Shown one piece after another: positions 12,871-30,312 of a DNA stretch of 64,000 nt (the first letter of the stretch is position 1; each line of letters begins with the position of its first letter). The position numbers and the translations under genes were made by a program. This stretch comes from the human T2T-CHM13v2.0 reference genome, Homo sapiens: NCBI RefSeq assembly GCF_009914755.1, contig NC_060937.1, one strand, 5' to 3'. The notes beneath the pieces are model-generated. The model worked only from the letters and a program-made list of their open reading frames with translations, was not told the origin of the DNA and made no database searches.

Positions 12871-13929
12871 GATTATTGGGGACTCTGTCTACTACAATTA
12901 TTTTGCTAGAAATCCATAAATATCTCTTTTTTAATACTCTATGCGTTTCCATTATTCTTGTCTCTTCACTGGTTTCCTTTCATAATGATCGTACAAAACC
13001 ATGGTATTTTTGATGAATTAGCTAATAAATGTAATTTCATCTTTCTATTCAAGTGGTTGGGGAAAATAGAAAATATATGAAGGGAGAAATAAATGGCAGA
13101 AGGAACACTAAAAGTAATTTTTCATTGTCTGTTAGAGCAAAGCTTCTATCCACTCCAATGTATCCCAACCCATTTCTTTAGAAACTTAGTCATAGTTTGA
13201 AAAGTACAAATCCTTTAGTGCTTCACCTAACCCCAGTGGTTTCTCCAAGCTCTACTCAAGCCTTCGAAAATCATCTCTTAATTAAAACATTTTAAATTAC
13301 CCACTGAACAAGTTACCTGTTTTCTCCTAGGCCCCTGATTAATGCAGGTAGCTTGGCACAATTGTCACCACTTAACTGTGGACAATCCAAACACATGGAA
13401 TTCTATAGCTTGCCTGGTATCTTGTGGTTAAGTCATGAAGCAAGGACTAGACATAAGTCTTCTCATCCTAGTGGCCTTCCACTTAATCACACTGGAATTT
13501 TCCTTCAATTATCTTTACATCAGCTTGCGTATCTAAAATTGTCAAATGTGTGGTTTTTGAAGTAAATACTACTGAGGATGCTGCCTCTTCTAAAATTGAA
13601 TGATTTAATAATTGCTAATCAGTGTAATATTTTGTACTATGAATTTACCAGGGGATTCCAATATATTCTCCATATTCCAAAGGCGACAAGAATATGTCTT
13701 CTACCTTAAATTATTGTGTTCTTGAATTCCCCACTGCCTGACTAAAAAATATGTGTTCCTACATGGTTGACTTCATTGTGTAATTTGAAGCAGTGTTTAT
13801 GACCACAATCAAATTCCAAATATCTTTAGTGAATTATAATATTTAAAGACACTTATTACTATAAGGAAATTTTTCACATTTTAAAAATTATTACAAGAAT
13901 TAGATGCTTGTTATTTTACTTATTAATAG

Positions 13930-14252
13930 AGCCCTAACACTAAGTAACAATTACCCTGGGCCAGGCATGCTCTAAGGGTTGTTACATTTAATAACTCGTT
14001 GAATCCCCATAACAAATGTATGAGGGCAGTAATGTTAATTATTGCCATTTTAATAAATGAGAAAATTGAGACACAGGGATACTATGTAATTTGCCCAAAG
14101 TTACACAGTTAATCCTTAATCTTAGAGATTAACAACAACAAAAAAAAATAACTGTAATACTGGGCTGTCAAAAGTAGCAGATCTTAGCATCAGTGCCAAT
14201 GCTAAGACCCAATCCTACTTCAGTGCTGTCTCCATCTACCTATGCTGGCCCT
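13930..14252 (-). mobile_element. MIR SINE (interrupted)
   Basis: ccattttaataaatgagaaaattgagacacaggg...taatttgcccaaagttacacag is the reverse MIR core. Confidence 0.8.
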
Positions 14253-15399
14253 CCTTTACATTCCATGGTAATTTCTTAAATCAGTGCAAACCAAGTTAAT
14301 ACTAAAGTAGTTAAAGTAATTATGTCTTCAAGAAAATACATATTAACAATTCTAAAGTTAATTAGCTGGTCACTTGTTTAATTATTAAGATAGTGGTACC
14401 ATTCCTCTCTAAATAACTTATAGACACAGGATAGTCAGCACTTTCTGGCATATATAATTTCTAGTGTTTTTTTTTCACGTTCATTTCAATTGTGTTCAAG
14501 CAGTTTTGAAATACACCTTTGGATAAGGAAATGCCATAACATCTGTTGGAAAGACAGGGAAATGGAAGGAATTGCTAAGTCAGATTTAGAATCAGAGTTG
14601 TACTTTAGACAGAATGAGGACTTGATTTACACATGAAAAAATGTAATTTTTTTTTCACTCTCTAAAGATACCAAAGTTTGGAAATAATTTTTCTTTCACC
14701 AAAATGTAAAAAGAATATTTTTCATTAAAAAGTAAACATTAAGAATAAAAGCTCTCATCAAAAATAAATTGGAATAAAAATTATTATAACATGTCAACTT
14801 TCAAATTGGAGCTTCATTCAACAACAATTGTAAAATTCTTAATATACCATTCAGGTTATTTTATTATTTGGCCCCAATTTACCCTATTGAGACTTCTAGT
14901 ACTGTATTCCATTCATACCCTTTATGCGGAGACCTCAAACTCAAGTTCCCACAGGGTAAGCAAATAATGTAGGGAGTGAATCATGCCATTTTGTTTCATA
15001 ATACTGACTTAAGTGTATACTAAAGCTGAATAAAAGAAATATTTTTCACTTTCATAAAGTGAGATATCTTTTATTATTTATTTGTATGTCATTTTAGATG
15101 AAGACACTGATGTAATATATACATAAATTTCCTCTTAACTTCAGTGTTTGAAAACAGAAAGAGATCAGCACAAAGTTGGTCATAAATAGTGATGACTTCA
15201 AGCTTCATCATCAGGAAGACAAAAGAGAATATTTGAGACTATAGTTCACATATGAATGAATGCTTTATATAAAAGATACATGTGCTACTGGAATTCAGAC
15301 ACATTTTATTATAACGTAGTAGAGGTCTGATGTTATAGGATCTTCTAAAACTTTAGGAATATCTAGAGATCTAACTTGGGTGGAGGCTGATGATCATAA

Positions 15400-15810
15400 T
15401 TGTTTTAGGCATATAGGATAAAGCAATAAACAAAGCAGACAAGCCATGCCCTTGTGGAGCTGATATTCTATAAGGAAATTACCAGCAACATACATACTAA
15501 CCATCAATATACATACTAAATGAGTGAATAATATAATATTTTAAAATGTGATACGTGCTATGGAGAAAGACTAAGTCATCAAAAGGAAGCTAAGGAATGA
15601 CTGGTGGGGTTGTAGTTTTAAACAGAGTAGTCATTGTGATAACAATTTGAAGGACATGAAGGAACAAGTCATGCTGGTATCGAGGTACAAGAATTGAAAG
15701 CAGAAAGAGCTACTAATATAAAATATCATATGTTTAAGGAAGGACAAGTAAGTCAAACTGGTTACAGAAAAGTGAGAGAAATAGGTAATGAGGTCAGAGA
15801 CGTAAGGCAA
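15400..15810 (-). mobile_element. L2 LINE fragment
   Basis: aacaaagcagacaagccatgcccttgtggagctgatattcta...gtgctatggagaaa...atgaggtcagaga is typical antisense L2. Confidence 0.7.
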
Positions 15811-17628
15811 TGTTTTTTCTCCTGGGTGGAAACTCCAGCTTTTAAAGGTTGGGAGCTATTTACTTTCTTTTTTGAACACTGATATCTGAACATGCCTATG
15901 TGCAGCCAAGCTCATGTGAGTGCTAGTTTCTGATTTCTGCTAATAAAATGTCTTTTATTGTCTCATCTTTTCATAAATTTATTCTCATCCTTTCACAATA
16001 ATCTCATCATTATATTTAAAAATATTGTTTACATTTAAAATATTTTTTTCGATTTATTAAACTGACCTGTTCTATAACCTATTTCTATTTTTTTAATTAG
16101 TTTATAGGATTACCCAGCTCTATCCACTCTGCCCTAATTTTTGCATCCTATCATTTCTTGCTTCCTGGAGCCAAGATTTGGTCTTCTGTGTGACTTTGAC
16201 TCCTGATGAGACTGCTAGAAACTTTCCTTTACCTTGCTTACCTGCTTTTTATGTTGAGTGGAGCATGCCCACCAACATTTAATCAATCTGTATGCACTGT
16301 CAGCATAGGTGTCTCCTCCTGACAACTCTCGGCCTTCTGATTTTTTTTGTTATAAATGCTAACTCGCCAAACAACTTCTCACAGGTAGCACTCATGTGTG
16401 AAGGAAGGGAAATTAATCCACCCTATTCCACTGCAAATCTGTACTGATCAAAAGCTGACTTACTGAAATATTTTTAAACAGAGAGCAATAGAGGTCGCTT
16501 TGGAAGAGTTCACTGTTGGCAGCAATGCTATACTCTTTTTTCCTTTTCCAGAATTTTGCCTGCAGAAAATGGAACAGCTTCTCATTTAGATGGGATACTT
16601 TTGTAGATAATGAGATTTTAGAATTTAAATGAGAAAGACATTTAAGTACTCTTGCTTCCAAATTTTCAAGCTAAATGGTCAAAACAGTCATCACATATAT
16701 AGCTCCACTGAGGGCAGTGACTTGCTCCAGGTCATTAGAGCCAGAGCTGGAGTCTTCAATTTTTGACTAATAATTCATTTTGCTACTGATAAGATAATTT
16801 CATTGTCACTGAACATGAATAAATTACTACTTTCTGACTTCATTCAAAAAGGAATTAGATTAAATGAAATACTTTGTATTGATTATTTGCTAAATAAGAT
16901 TTTTTTAAATAGGTTGTATTCTGGGGATAAATAGTGGATTCCACCTTTGTGAAAAAGAGATCCTAAACGTTTAGACAGAAACTATAGTCTAAAGAAGAGA
17001 ATTTCTCAACAAAAATCAGTTTTTTTCTTTTTCTCAAGAGGTGATGCTACATAGCAGATGAATGACATATCATTATGTAAAGTATGAATTTAAGAAAAAA
17101 TATAAAAAATAAAGTTTTAATTTTAATAAAATAGAATTTTTGTAAAATATTTAAATAAATTCCATGGTAACTTAGCTTTAGTATATCATTCTGAACATAA
17201 TTCTCTATGAGAACAATAGATGTTCAGGAATCTTTCACTTTGTAATCCAGAGAGATTTTATGGAAATCCAGAAAAGATTTTAAAAATATCAAAGAAGCAT
17301 GCTAAAATGAATTCACTAGATTATATATGAAGATACAGAAAATTTCATCCATAAACAAATTCTGAAATGCTTTCAGAATTATTTTTGGATGATTTCTTTT
17401 CTGATTATTTAAAATGTTAGGCATCACTGTGTTTTATTGTTCCTGTTTGTTTGTATGCACACAGGCTAATAGGTTTACACTTAAAAGAAGATACCTTCCC
17501 CAATCACTTATGTCATGTTAAGTGAAAGGAAGCAATTTGAGGTTATGGTGGCATGCAAAATTCCTTGAATATGAAAATTAATCCTGGTAGCAATGGATTA
17601 GATCATTACTATCAAGAAACAATGCTAG

Positions 17629-17932
<304 letters not shown>

Positions 17933-18630
17933 AAGAAAGAATGCTAGATGACTCTTCACCAGGGGAGGTTATTTTTCAAGTAAAAGAAATCTGATTGAAT
18001 TATTATAGCTGTTTCAATCACAAGGACTGCTTTTCCTTAGTTGATTTATTAGCATCAAGTCTTCAAATTGTCAAAACATTAGAACCTTCTCTAGCTTTGG
18101 TTTTAATAAGTGAAAGAAAGATAATACAGTAAAAAATGTTTGGAAACTCACACATTTTATGTGTATCACTCCTGTAATTTTTCTTCAAATTATGTCCTTA
18201 TCATTTATTTTTTATATTATTGATTCATCAACTTATTCATACCAAAAATATCTTATTGTGAGGTAGGAATTTAATGTACCTAGAAGAAAAGTAAGAAAAT
18301 TTCAAGCACAGGATAGTACTAACTCACGATTTACTCTTTCATTTAAAAATACACACTATGATGGCTGTTTTTGGCAAACTTAATTACACTTGTTAAAGAT
18401 TCTCCAAATTTCCCCAAATGTCTAGAATTATACTGTTTGTGATCTAACATAGTCATATGTTGAAGTTTCAGCTAGTTTAGAACACCCTGAAGAATATCTG
18501 GTAATTTATGAAATCATGATTAATTGTAAGACATTGTGTTGGATACTGAGAAATACATTACTTGCCTATCATATTTAGTTGCTTTGAATGCAAAAATGCA
18601 TTTAACCTTCACAATGATCTTATGATAAGT

Positions 18631-19464
18631 TGATGCAGGCTTTTTCTCAGCCCCTTTGGTGGACTCCCAGCAGAGGCACCCCATCTACTCAGCCTGCTGC
18701 ACTCAGCTCTTTGAGGGAGGGAGCATGTGAGCAAGCGAGTGCAGAATTGGGCCAGCCACCCCAAATGCTGACACAGGAGCAAGCTCTGCGCAGGGCCCAC
18801 AGCCAGACCAGTAGTGTCACCTCAAGGGGAATATGGCAGTGCCCAGGCAAGGGTGTCCATGATCCTGAAGCCCCAGAGTGGGTGTTAGTGTGCTAATTAA
18901 CTTTTTGGGTTCCACTGTCCACGGTCTGATGGACAGCCATGTGTAAGCAGCTTAGTTGGTCCCTGGCCCTGTTGTGTGGGGTGGCTGCCCTCTGCCAGCA
19001 AGGGCAAAGAGCCAGTGTGACAGCTTTTCTGGGTATCCACACTAACTGGGTCCCGAGCTCTTGTCCAGCATCCAAGAAGAATGAGGTCATGCTGACGACT
19101 GAAAGATGGTGAAGGCTGAGAATTATATCAAGCAATGAAAAGCGCTCTCAGCCAAGAGGGCAGCTGGAGAGGGGACGTGAAAGGCAGGTAATATTCTCTG
19201 AAGTCAGGAGGTCTCTCTCTCTCTACCAACTGAGTCTGGGGTCTTTATAGGCACAGGAAGGGGGCATGGCAGGCTGCAGGTAATATTGAAAAAGGCAACA
19301 TTCGATTGGTTGAAAGAATCCATTGGGAGAGAGTGGGCAAACAAGAATAGAAGTTCTCACTCTGGTCCATGATTTTACCTGGGACTATCTTCAGCTTGAA
19401 GATTGGGTTTCACTGGGGACCTACCCCTGTCTGCGTAGGATTTCTTTGCCTCCTGCCTCTGTTA
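18631..19464 (-). mobile_element. Solo ERV1 LTR, MER52/LTR27-like
   Basis: Termini tgatgcaggctttttctcagcccc... and ...ggggacctacccctgtctgcgtaggatttctttgcctcctgcctctgtta. GC-rich relative to the flanks. 4-bp flanks aagt/atgt. Confidence 0.85.
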
Positions 19465-19709
19465 ATGTTAATTGCATTAAATCTTTTGAGATAAGGAAAC
19501 ATAAGTGTAGAGCTGTCAAATTATTTTGTCAAAGCCACAAAGATACTTCAGACAAGAGTCTGGCCATGTCCATCATTCTGTCCAATCTCTAGCAAATAAG
19601 CACTCAATTTTATCTTTTTCTTTAATGGACTTAGGCTATACTTTATTTTTAAAACCAAATTTTAATTTAATATTAAAATTTAAGTCAGTATTTTCATATC
19701 AAATTTTTT

Positions 19710-20208
<499 letters not shown>

Positions 20209-21519
20209 CATATCAATTTTTTAAAAGCAAATGGACATGTCCCATATGAAATAAAAATGACAACAACACGATGTTTTGCAAGATACGAGAGAACAATAGT
20301 TTCTGTTAAATTGCTATTCTTTTAAATATGTTGTGCACTTTGGCTATAAAAATGCATTTCATCTCAGTCTAGTGTGAGACCATAAGGAAAATATGCTTAT
20401 GTTTCTGCACCGTTAGGGCTTTTTGAGAAGATCTTACTGAAACTTCAGACCTAGGCTAAAAGACAAGCTATAGAAGTTGATTTATAACTTATTAAATAAT
20501 AGAAAACATATACTTACTTCTTCAGAGGTATGGGTTTAAATTTCAAAGCAGGGTGTGATCTGGGACCAGGAAACATTGCCTGGTCTGTGAAGTTGGAGAC
20601 AGTAGTCTTATTGACGACCCAGGATTCTAATATTTACATTTTCAAAATGATTCTCTCTGAAGGGAATGGGGGACAGCTGCCTCTATTTCCTGAAAAAATG
20701 TCCAGTTTTTTTTTTGTGTGTGTGGTGCTTCACCTACAATACAGATGCTGTGTATGTAGAGTGACATCTGGTTTTCATTGTGTTACTCCAGTGGTAAAAA
20801 TTGGGGCATAGAAGAAACATGTAGATATTATTTGCTATAAATAATAATAATGATAATGTTTTTGGCTTCAGAAACTTTGTATATGTACTTAAGAAAATGT
20901 TAATAAATAGATGTTAAAAATCTAATAGTGTAAAAATGTCCTTTACATGAAATGAGAAATTATGTTCTTGAAACACAGCATTATACTGACTAGTTTTATT
21001 ACATTGCGTAGATTTTTCTTTTAAATTTCACCTATCTTGGGCTTTAGCTACTTCCTAAGATGGACATTTTTACAACGCTATTGTTAGGGTTAAATTAAAA
21101 ACGTTGTCTAAAATGCTGTCATAGTTTCTAAGGAGCTATTTGGAGGAAAGGATAGACAGATAATAAGTTGAAATTATTTGGTAATTTATTTTAAAATCTC
21201 CAAAAGGGCTAATAGGGTTAAATAAAATATTTGAGGTTTGCTCTTTTTTCCACTTGTCCTTGCTTAAAGATATAAATTCCCTAAGTTGGAGTGCATTTGA
21301 AACTGCGGGATGATTGCCAAGCAAAAAGCATGAACATGATAAGAAATCAATAAATGGCTCAGTGTGTTATATATCATGATGTGATGAGCAGTTGAGAAAG
21401 GAAGAAACAAGAAAGTAAATAATGATGGGTTTCAAATGATATGACGTTTGAGCAGAGTGTTAGGAAAAGTCAGGTGCAGACGACTGTTAGAAAAAAGCAT
21501 TAATTAAGAGATATAGAGT

Positions 21520-21903
21520 TGTATTAGTCAGCTCTCGCATAGCTATAAAGAAATAACTGAGACTGGGTAATTTATTTAAAAAAATTAGAGAAGGTTAATT
21601 GGCTCACAGTTCTGTAGGCTGTACAGGAAGCATGGAGGCATCTGCTTCTGGGGAGGATTCATGGATCTTTTAATCATGGCGGAAGGCAAAGGGGGAGTGA
21701 GGCATCTTAAGTGGCAGGAGCAGGAGGAAGAGTGGGGGAGGTGCCACACACTTTTAAATGACCAGAGTTCATGGGAACTCACTCACTGTCGCAGAGGGAA
21801 ATCTGCCCCCATGATTGAATCACCTCCTACCAGGCCCCACCACCAACACTGGGGATTACAATTCGACGTAGATTTGGGCAGGGACATAGACCAAACCAAA
21901 TCA
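21520..21903 (-). mobile_element. Solo MaLR LTR (MSTA/MSTB)
   Basis: tgtattagtc...gctataaagaaataactgagactgggtaattt...ggcatctgcttctggggagg...ggggattacaattcgac...caaaccaaatca. Confidence 0.92.
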
Positions 21904-22152
21904 GGAACAGATTGCTACTATGTCATTCAATTCTGAGGAACCTCATAAGAAGTACTTATTCTTGGCAGCATTATGATGATTTTAGTAGTGAAGATACTTT
22001 ATGTTGATGAAGAAGCATTAAAAAATGAATTTGTTTGCAACTGAGATGTATAAAAATAGAATGTGGAAAAGTAAAGCAAATATACCAATAATTTGAGAGA
22101 TAAATGTTTCTTCCATCATGTAGACATTTCACAAACACATAAAATTATCTGA

Positions 22153-22472
<320 letters not shown>

Positions 22473-23626
22473 ATATTTTTTTGTTTTGTTTTGTTGGGTT
22501 GTGTTTTGTATTTTACTTGATTTACATGACCTCTTTTCTTTTTTTTCTTTTTTTTTTTTTCACTTTTATTGTAATTCTCCTAAGGGAAGATAGTATCCTG
22601 GGAAGCAATTCATGCAAAATGAAAGATGATTAATGCTGTTTAATTTTAAATAGAAATAGTAAGGTTTCAAGAGTGATAGAAGAGCTACACTAATATTCTT
22701 AAAGCTACACTAATGTTCTTAAATATATCCACTCCCTCACCCACACAGACTCACAATCATAAACACACAATGAATAATGCCTTAAAAATTACTAGTATGT
22801 CCCCATTTGTTCATCTGTTGAAATACAAAGAAAATGTCTATTAGGGCTTTTTCCATTTATATTACAGTATGAATAAATAAATGATTTGAAAATAAGAGAA
22901 AGGAGAGAATAAGAACTCACCTGGTAAACCAAGACATCAGCCCATCGAGGACTGCTAAGAAAATGGGTGATTTGGAGACTTGAATCCAATGTCTGATAAT
23001 TTTTTTGTATATATCTAGGTTCTATCTAATATTTTCTGCAATCGCAAAGGCTACATATTGGATTATACCTATTGTGTATAGGAGAGAACCCCAAGATTAG
23101 ATATTTAGGATTTTCTTTATGGAAACATTTTAGAGAAATGTGCTGAGTTTTTGCCTACTAAAACTTAATCCTTATCCACAGAAACATTCCATAGTAATTT
23201 CCCTTGAAATCAAAACACTTTAGATTGATTGCCAACTTCTCTGTTGTGCTTGTACCAGTACTTACAGTGTTCATCTGCTCAAAGCAGTGATACATTTGGG
23301 ACAAAGTCCTTAGGACCTAAACTTCCAGGATGACTGTTCTTTGGGGATCCATACTCTTGTTTGTCAGATTCTTAATTGCTTTTATCGGAGTGGCTTCTCT
23401 TTATTCTTAGACTGGGGGTTTCTTGGTGATTTATTGATTTCAGTATCTTACCAAAAAAATCTGGTTTAAAAATATTCTGAGAGAACTCTGTCATGAAATC
23501 ACAATATATATCATGACATGATTAAAAACAACTGGGCAAGGTATACTTGGATGCAACTATGATTTGATGTAATAATAAGGTCAACAAATGGGAATCATGT
23601 ATTGAATAAGTGCTATCTGTCATGCT

Positions 23627-23658
23627 ATATATATATATACATATATATATATACATAT
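23627..23658. repeat. (TA)n microsatellite
   Basis: tatatatatatatacatatatatatatacatat. Confidence 0.9.
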
Positions 23659-23689
23659 CTGTAATCATTATCATCCAAATACTTTAAAA

Positions 23690-23840
23690 TATTTGTATTC
23701 TTATCCTAATTTAGAAGTAAGAAAACTGAGTTCTGAGGAGCTTATCTAGGATGATACAGTTAGTAAATAATGAAGGTAAAGTTTTATTTCAGGTATTTCT
23801 AGTTCCAAGCCTACAGTATTTTCCGAACACTATGCTGCCA
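23690..23840 (-). mobile_element. MIR SINE
   Basis: aagaaaactgag...gatacagttagtaaat...ttccaagcc...cactatgctgcc. Confidence 0.7.
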
Positions 23841-25424
23841 TTTCATGCTCGAATTATAGCGTAAATGGGTGATGATGGTTTAATTTTCCCTTCCCATGAT
23901 TAACAAATTATTGTACAATATTTCTCTAAAAAATAATTTAAGAACTTATACATTGCTTATAAAAATTATGTATGAAAAATTGCATCATGGAATGCAAAAA
24001 TAGAACTGAAATACTTTATTTTCTGTCATAAACTGAAATAAAAGCAATTGTTCTGCAATACAACAAATGGAAACCATTTTTGACATATCAGGTTATTTTT
24101 CTTGTTATTAGAAAATGAGTCCTTTTTTTAAAAAAAAATCACTGATTTTGTGAAAGAGTTTTTATTAGTAACATATGTTTCTCAGAATGGAAATATAATT
24201 GTATACTTTGTACTGTAGAAACTGCATTTATTCAGTTTAGCATCCATAAGAACTGCCAAAGATTCCTTTTTTAAAAATATTTGGAGCTGCAATATCAGGC
24301 CCATTAAAATATACAAGAAGATACCTTTTTAAAAAAACATTACTCCTGCTTAGAGAAGGAATTTCAAACCTGGGAGACATAGGGGCCCTGCAGATTTCAA
24401 AAGAAAAGCATCCTGTTTAGAGAGGTTTGTATCCTCACTTTTCTTCCTTGTAGCAGCATTTATCCAAAGAATTAAAGACCAAGAGCCATAGCCTTGCAGC
24501 TATTATGCAGTCACTCCTCCTGGTCAGCAGCAGCATGTTTGATTATATGCTATGGCTTCCAGCGGGATCTTTCAGTAACTGAAAAGCCATGCTCAGATGC
24601 TGATTATTCACCATAAACTTTTTTTTTTTTTTTAACTGAGTGATCAGGGAAAAAGAAAAATAATGAACAAAAAGGGAGAGTGAAGAGGACAGGAGTAAAA
24701 GAGCAAAAAGAAGAAAATGTGTTTGGCTCCACAGTTGTGCTTGGTGAAGCTTTCTTTTCCCCAAATACTCAGCTGCCCATCGGGGTTGGTTAATATTTTT
24801 AGCGGGAAGTACAACATCAGTTATTGATTTAATTAAAGGACAGTTGAGATAAAGTTAGTTTGTGCAGGAGGAAAAAAAAAGTCACAGGAGAGATTCAGCT
24901 AAAGTGAAAATATGTGTCAGAGAGACCACAAAAGAGAATCTGCAAAGGAGGTAGATAGAAGACTGTTTAAAATGGGGAGCTGGTGGATTAAGTGAGAATT
25001 CATACTCATTGCACAGTTGGCTGATATCTTAAGTGTTTTATAACTTAAGAAGAAAAACTTTTAGTAAGCGTAATAGACAATTTTTCCCCATTGGTGGTGT
25101 GTCACCACTCCTTTACGTTAGACTGCTTACTAAGAAATGTAATTCTTCTTTCGTTTTCTTCTTCAAGGACACAGAGATCGTGGCTACTGCATTATGAGGT
25201 TATAAAATACCAATGACATACTATAACATAAATTTATATGATGGAGGAACTATTATTCTCTTAATACAAAATAATTCAAATGAAGATTTGCATTCTTGTG
25301 TGATATGGCATAAGTTAAATGTTTAAGACAACATAGTGACAGACTTAAATAGTTATCTTCTGTTAGAAAGCCACATTTTTAATTCTGTGACTTGGGAGAG
25401 GTGATTTGATGTTTTTTAAAAAGT

Positions 25425-25665
25425 CACATAATTGAAAAAGAAAGCTTTTAGTCAGACTGGCATTTATTCAAATCATAGCTCTACTACTTATTATTTGTGA
25501 TCATGGTCAAATTACTCCTACTCTAGTTTAAATTTATCTTAAGATGGATATTAAATAGAACCTATCCCTTAGGGTCATTTTGAGAGATAAATGAGATGAT
25601 GCTTATAAAGCAGTTTGCACAGAGGCTGGCGAGAAGAAGATATGCATAACTAAATATCTATCATC
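25425..25665 (+). mobile_element. MIRb SINE
   Basis: agtcagactgg...ttcaaatcatagctctactactta...gagataaatgagatgatgcttataaagc. Confidence 0.8.
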
Positions 25666-25689
25666 ATAATTTCCATTAATATTTTTATT

Positions 25690-26330
25690 TTAAATACCAT
25701 CTATCTGACACATAATTCTTTATCTCTACTCCTCATCTCTCCCATGAGTTATGGACTTCTATTTCAATCGTCTTTTCAACATGCCCACTTGGGTACAAAA
25801 TACACAACTCATAGTAAGTATATCTAAAAGACTAAATTCCCACTCCTGCCCAATCTCCTGCTCCTTTTTTCCTCCCAATTTGTTGAACACTATCACCATT
25901 CCTATACGTTGCTAACACTAAAAACTTCAGGATGATGGTTTCTCTTTTTCTCTTTACCCACATCAGCAAATCTTGTTAGCTCTGATTTTAAAATGTAGCC
26001 TGTATTAAACCAATTCTCAGTATTTCAAAAACTCTAAAGCAGTTCTCTATTATGTTGACTTACACAACTTTATACAAATATTCTCTCTTTAGTTTTTCAC
26101 AACTGCATTTTATCCTCCACACAGAAGACAGAAAACTTTCTCAAATGTGCATCTGATTGTGTCACTGCCCTGCTTAAACTCCTCCATTTGTTTGCATTTG
26201 CAATTATAATGACTTTCTAAACATTCATTATGACCAACTATTATGTGTCTACCTTCCTCCTTTACTTCACCTTCTAGTTCTCTCTCCCTTGATCCCTGTG
26301 TTCTAATCACAGTAGCCTTCCTCCACTACA
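25690..26330 (+). mobile_element. L2 LINE fragment
   Basis: Pyrimidine-rich sense L2: aaataccatcta...catcagcaaatcttgttagctctg...atctgattgtgtcactgccctgcttaaactcctcca. Confidence 0.75.
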
Positions 26331-26369
26331 TTATTTTCCCTGAAACTTATTTCCTCTTTTACTGAGTAA

Positions 26370-26650
26370 ATAATACCTCATGTTTATTGAATGCTAAATA
26401 TGTTCCGGACACTAAATTATTTATTTAAATTGATTATTTCAATAATCTAAGAATTTAATTTATTGAATTCTCACAACAACCCAATAAGATAGGTGTTAAT
26501 ATTAGCACCATTGTATGTGACATGAAATTGAGGCATAGCCCCCAATAATTCATCCAAGGTCACAAAGTTGGTAAATGACAGAATCTGAATTCAAAACCTA
26601 GGCATTGCTTTCCAGAGCCAAAATCCTTCAGTTCTACCATATGCTGTACT
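26370..26650 (-). mobile_element. MIR SINE
   Basis: ctcacaacaacccaataagatagg...gaaattgaggcatag...ccaaggtcaca...gaattcaaaacctaggc. Confidence 0.8.
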
Positions 26651-26739
26651 CTGTTTCGCAATTATTTCTCAAACACTTGCAGTTCTTCTACTTTGAATTC
26701 TTGCAATTTGTAGTCATTTATATTTTTAATATATTATAG

Positions 26740-28530
<1,791 letters not shown>

Positions 28531-30153
28531 TACCAATATACAGGCTACATATTTAACTAGTTTTTCTTTTAATTTTGCTTTCTTATGTTTAATTGTGGGG
28601 ATAAAACGATGATGATTTGATTCACTATCAGAAGATGTTTTCAGAGAAATCTAATTGCCTTTCTGATAGTTATAGGTGCAGAAAAATCAAAAAGTGAGAA
28701 AATCAGGGAAAAAAGTAGCTAAGTATTACTATTTAAAATTAATACAATGCAGTCATTTAGGAAAAATGCCTAAGTTTTATATGGTATAAAAAAGCACTTT
28801 TCACTTAATAAGTTCTAGATTATTATCATAAATTTGATGAAAATGGCAAATTATGTGTTCATATTTTACTAGTTCTTTCTCATAAACCTAGGACTTCCAT
28901 TTTTATTTTAATGGGATTATTATTTGTTCAATAGAATCAATTGAATATGATTCTTTGTTCTTTTGTCGATTTAAAATACATTTTAAAATTTAAAAATAGT
29001 TCAATATGTCAATTGCATTTAAAAAATATGAACATTAAAATTTGATATAATTAACTTGGATTAATGTAAGTTCCAAGATGTAAATTTCTTTCATTTGTAG
29101 AGTTCTGTAGATACTGTGGGACAGTACAAATATCTCTGAAATTCAATATTATTACAACACTAATATTGCAAATTAATATCTTAAAGTTGCATAGTATTTT
29201 TACTTTTACAAAAACACTTTCTTTTGAATTGCTAGAATTTGATTAAGTCTCACAACAGCCCTCAGAGATTGGAAGGCTAGATTGGAGGAGCTGGTAATTT
29301 CAATGTTTTCCTATAATTTCCCAAATAAATTATGCTATAGTTAGTATAGAATAAGTAAATGGATGCCTCATTTTGCTCTTTCTGTTGATTGTTGAACTGA
29401 GATTCTGTTGAAGGATGTTTATGTTCACATTCATTCAATTCGTAAGTATTTATTAAGTGGCTACCATGTACACACAGATTTTGAATATTTGTTACTGATC
29501 ATTATTTGTAATGTGTGATTTTGTGAAAACTTAGGCTATGCACATTTTAATAACTGGCAATTATTTCCATTTTCCTAATTCCCTTCATTCTGTTATATTT
29601 TCACATTACCCTTAACTGAAATTCTTTGTATGCTACTAACTCATTTTCACTCTGATAATGATTAGTAAGTCATTCATGCAGTTTCTTTTTTTGTAGGATA
29701 TGTAAAATACGTTACCCTTATCCCCAAAATAGAATGCTTGTACGTTTTCTTTGGCTTAAATCTGAATATTTTAATAGGAATCTGTAATGAAAGGAGTAAA
29801 ATTTTCTCTTTTTACTTGCCTTTCTTCCATTGGAATGGTTTCGGGCAGTTTTTGTCCCTGAGAATTTCTCAATTTAAGAAGAAAACATGCATCAGGATTT
29901 TATGTTAGAGAAAGGAAAAAGAAGGACTAGGCTCTTCAAGGCTGTTCTGAGTTTGAATTAAATTTAGTGGTAAAGAAGGTTACAAGTTCTGCTACAGCCT
30001 AGATCCCTGAGTTATTCAAATTATTTTACTACAGTAGAAAAGCAACTTATTAGAATGAAGTCAATAACAGGAATGAAAAGGGTACATTTTCTTTAAGTAA
30101 TATACTGTATTAAGTACTTAGAAAACCTTAGAATCAGTAACAATGAGCCAAAT

Positions 30154-30312
30154 CAGTGATGTCCAACCTGGTTCCACATTAAAATCAATGAGACACTTAA
30201 AAGAAAACACTAATTCCTAAGCCCTACCACAAAAACAATTGAAACCAATTATTTTTGGGGTAGGACTTGTTCATATTGTTTTCTAGATGTTCCTGAAGTG
30301 ATGGAAACTACT
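30154..30312. mobile_element. MER5A-type hAT-Charlie MITE
   Basis: cagtgatgtccaacctggttccacattaaaatca...ggggtaggac...gaaactact. Confidence 0.65.

Noticed and set aside
22682-22722. 20-bp tandem duplication (agctacactaatattcttaa x2); similar short duplications at 15490, 30650, 33210 and 36495
   Set aside because: Ordinary slippage duplications with no further structure.
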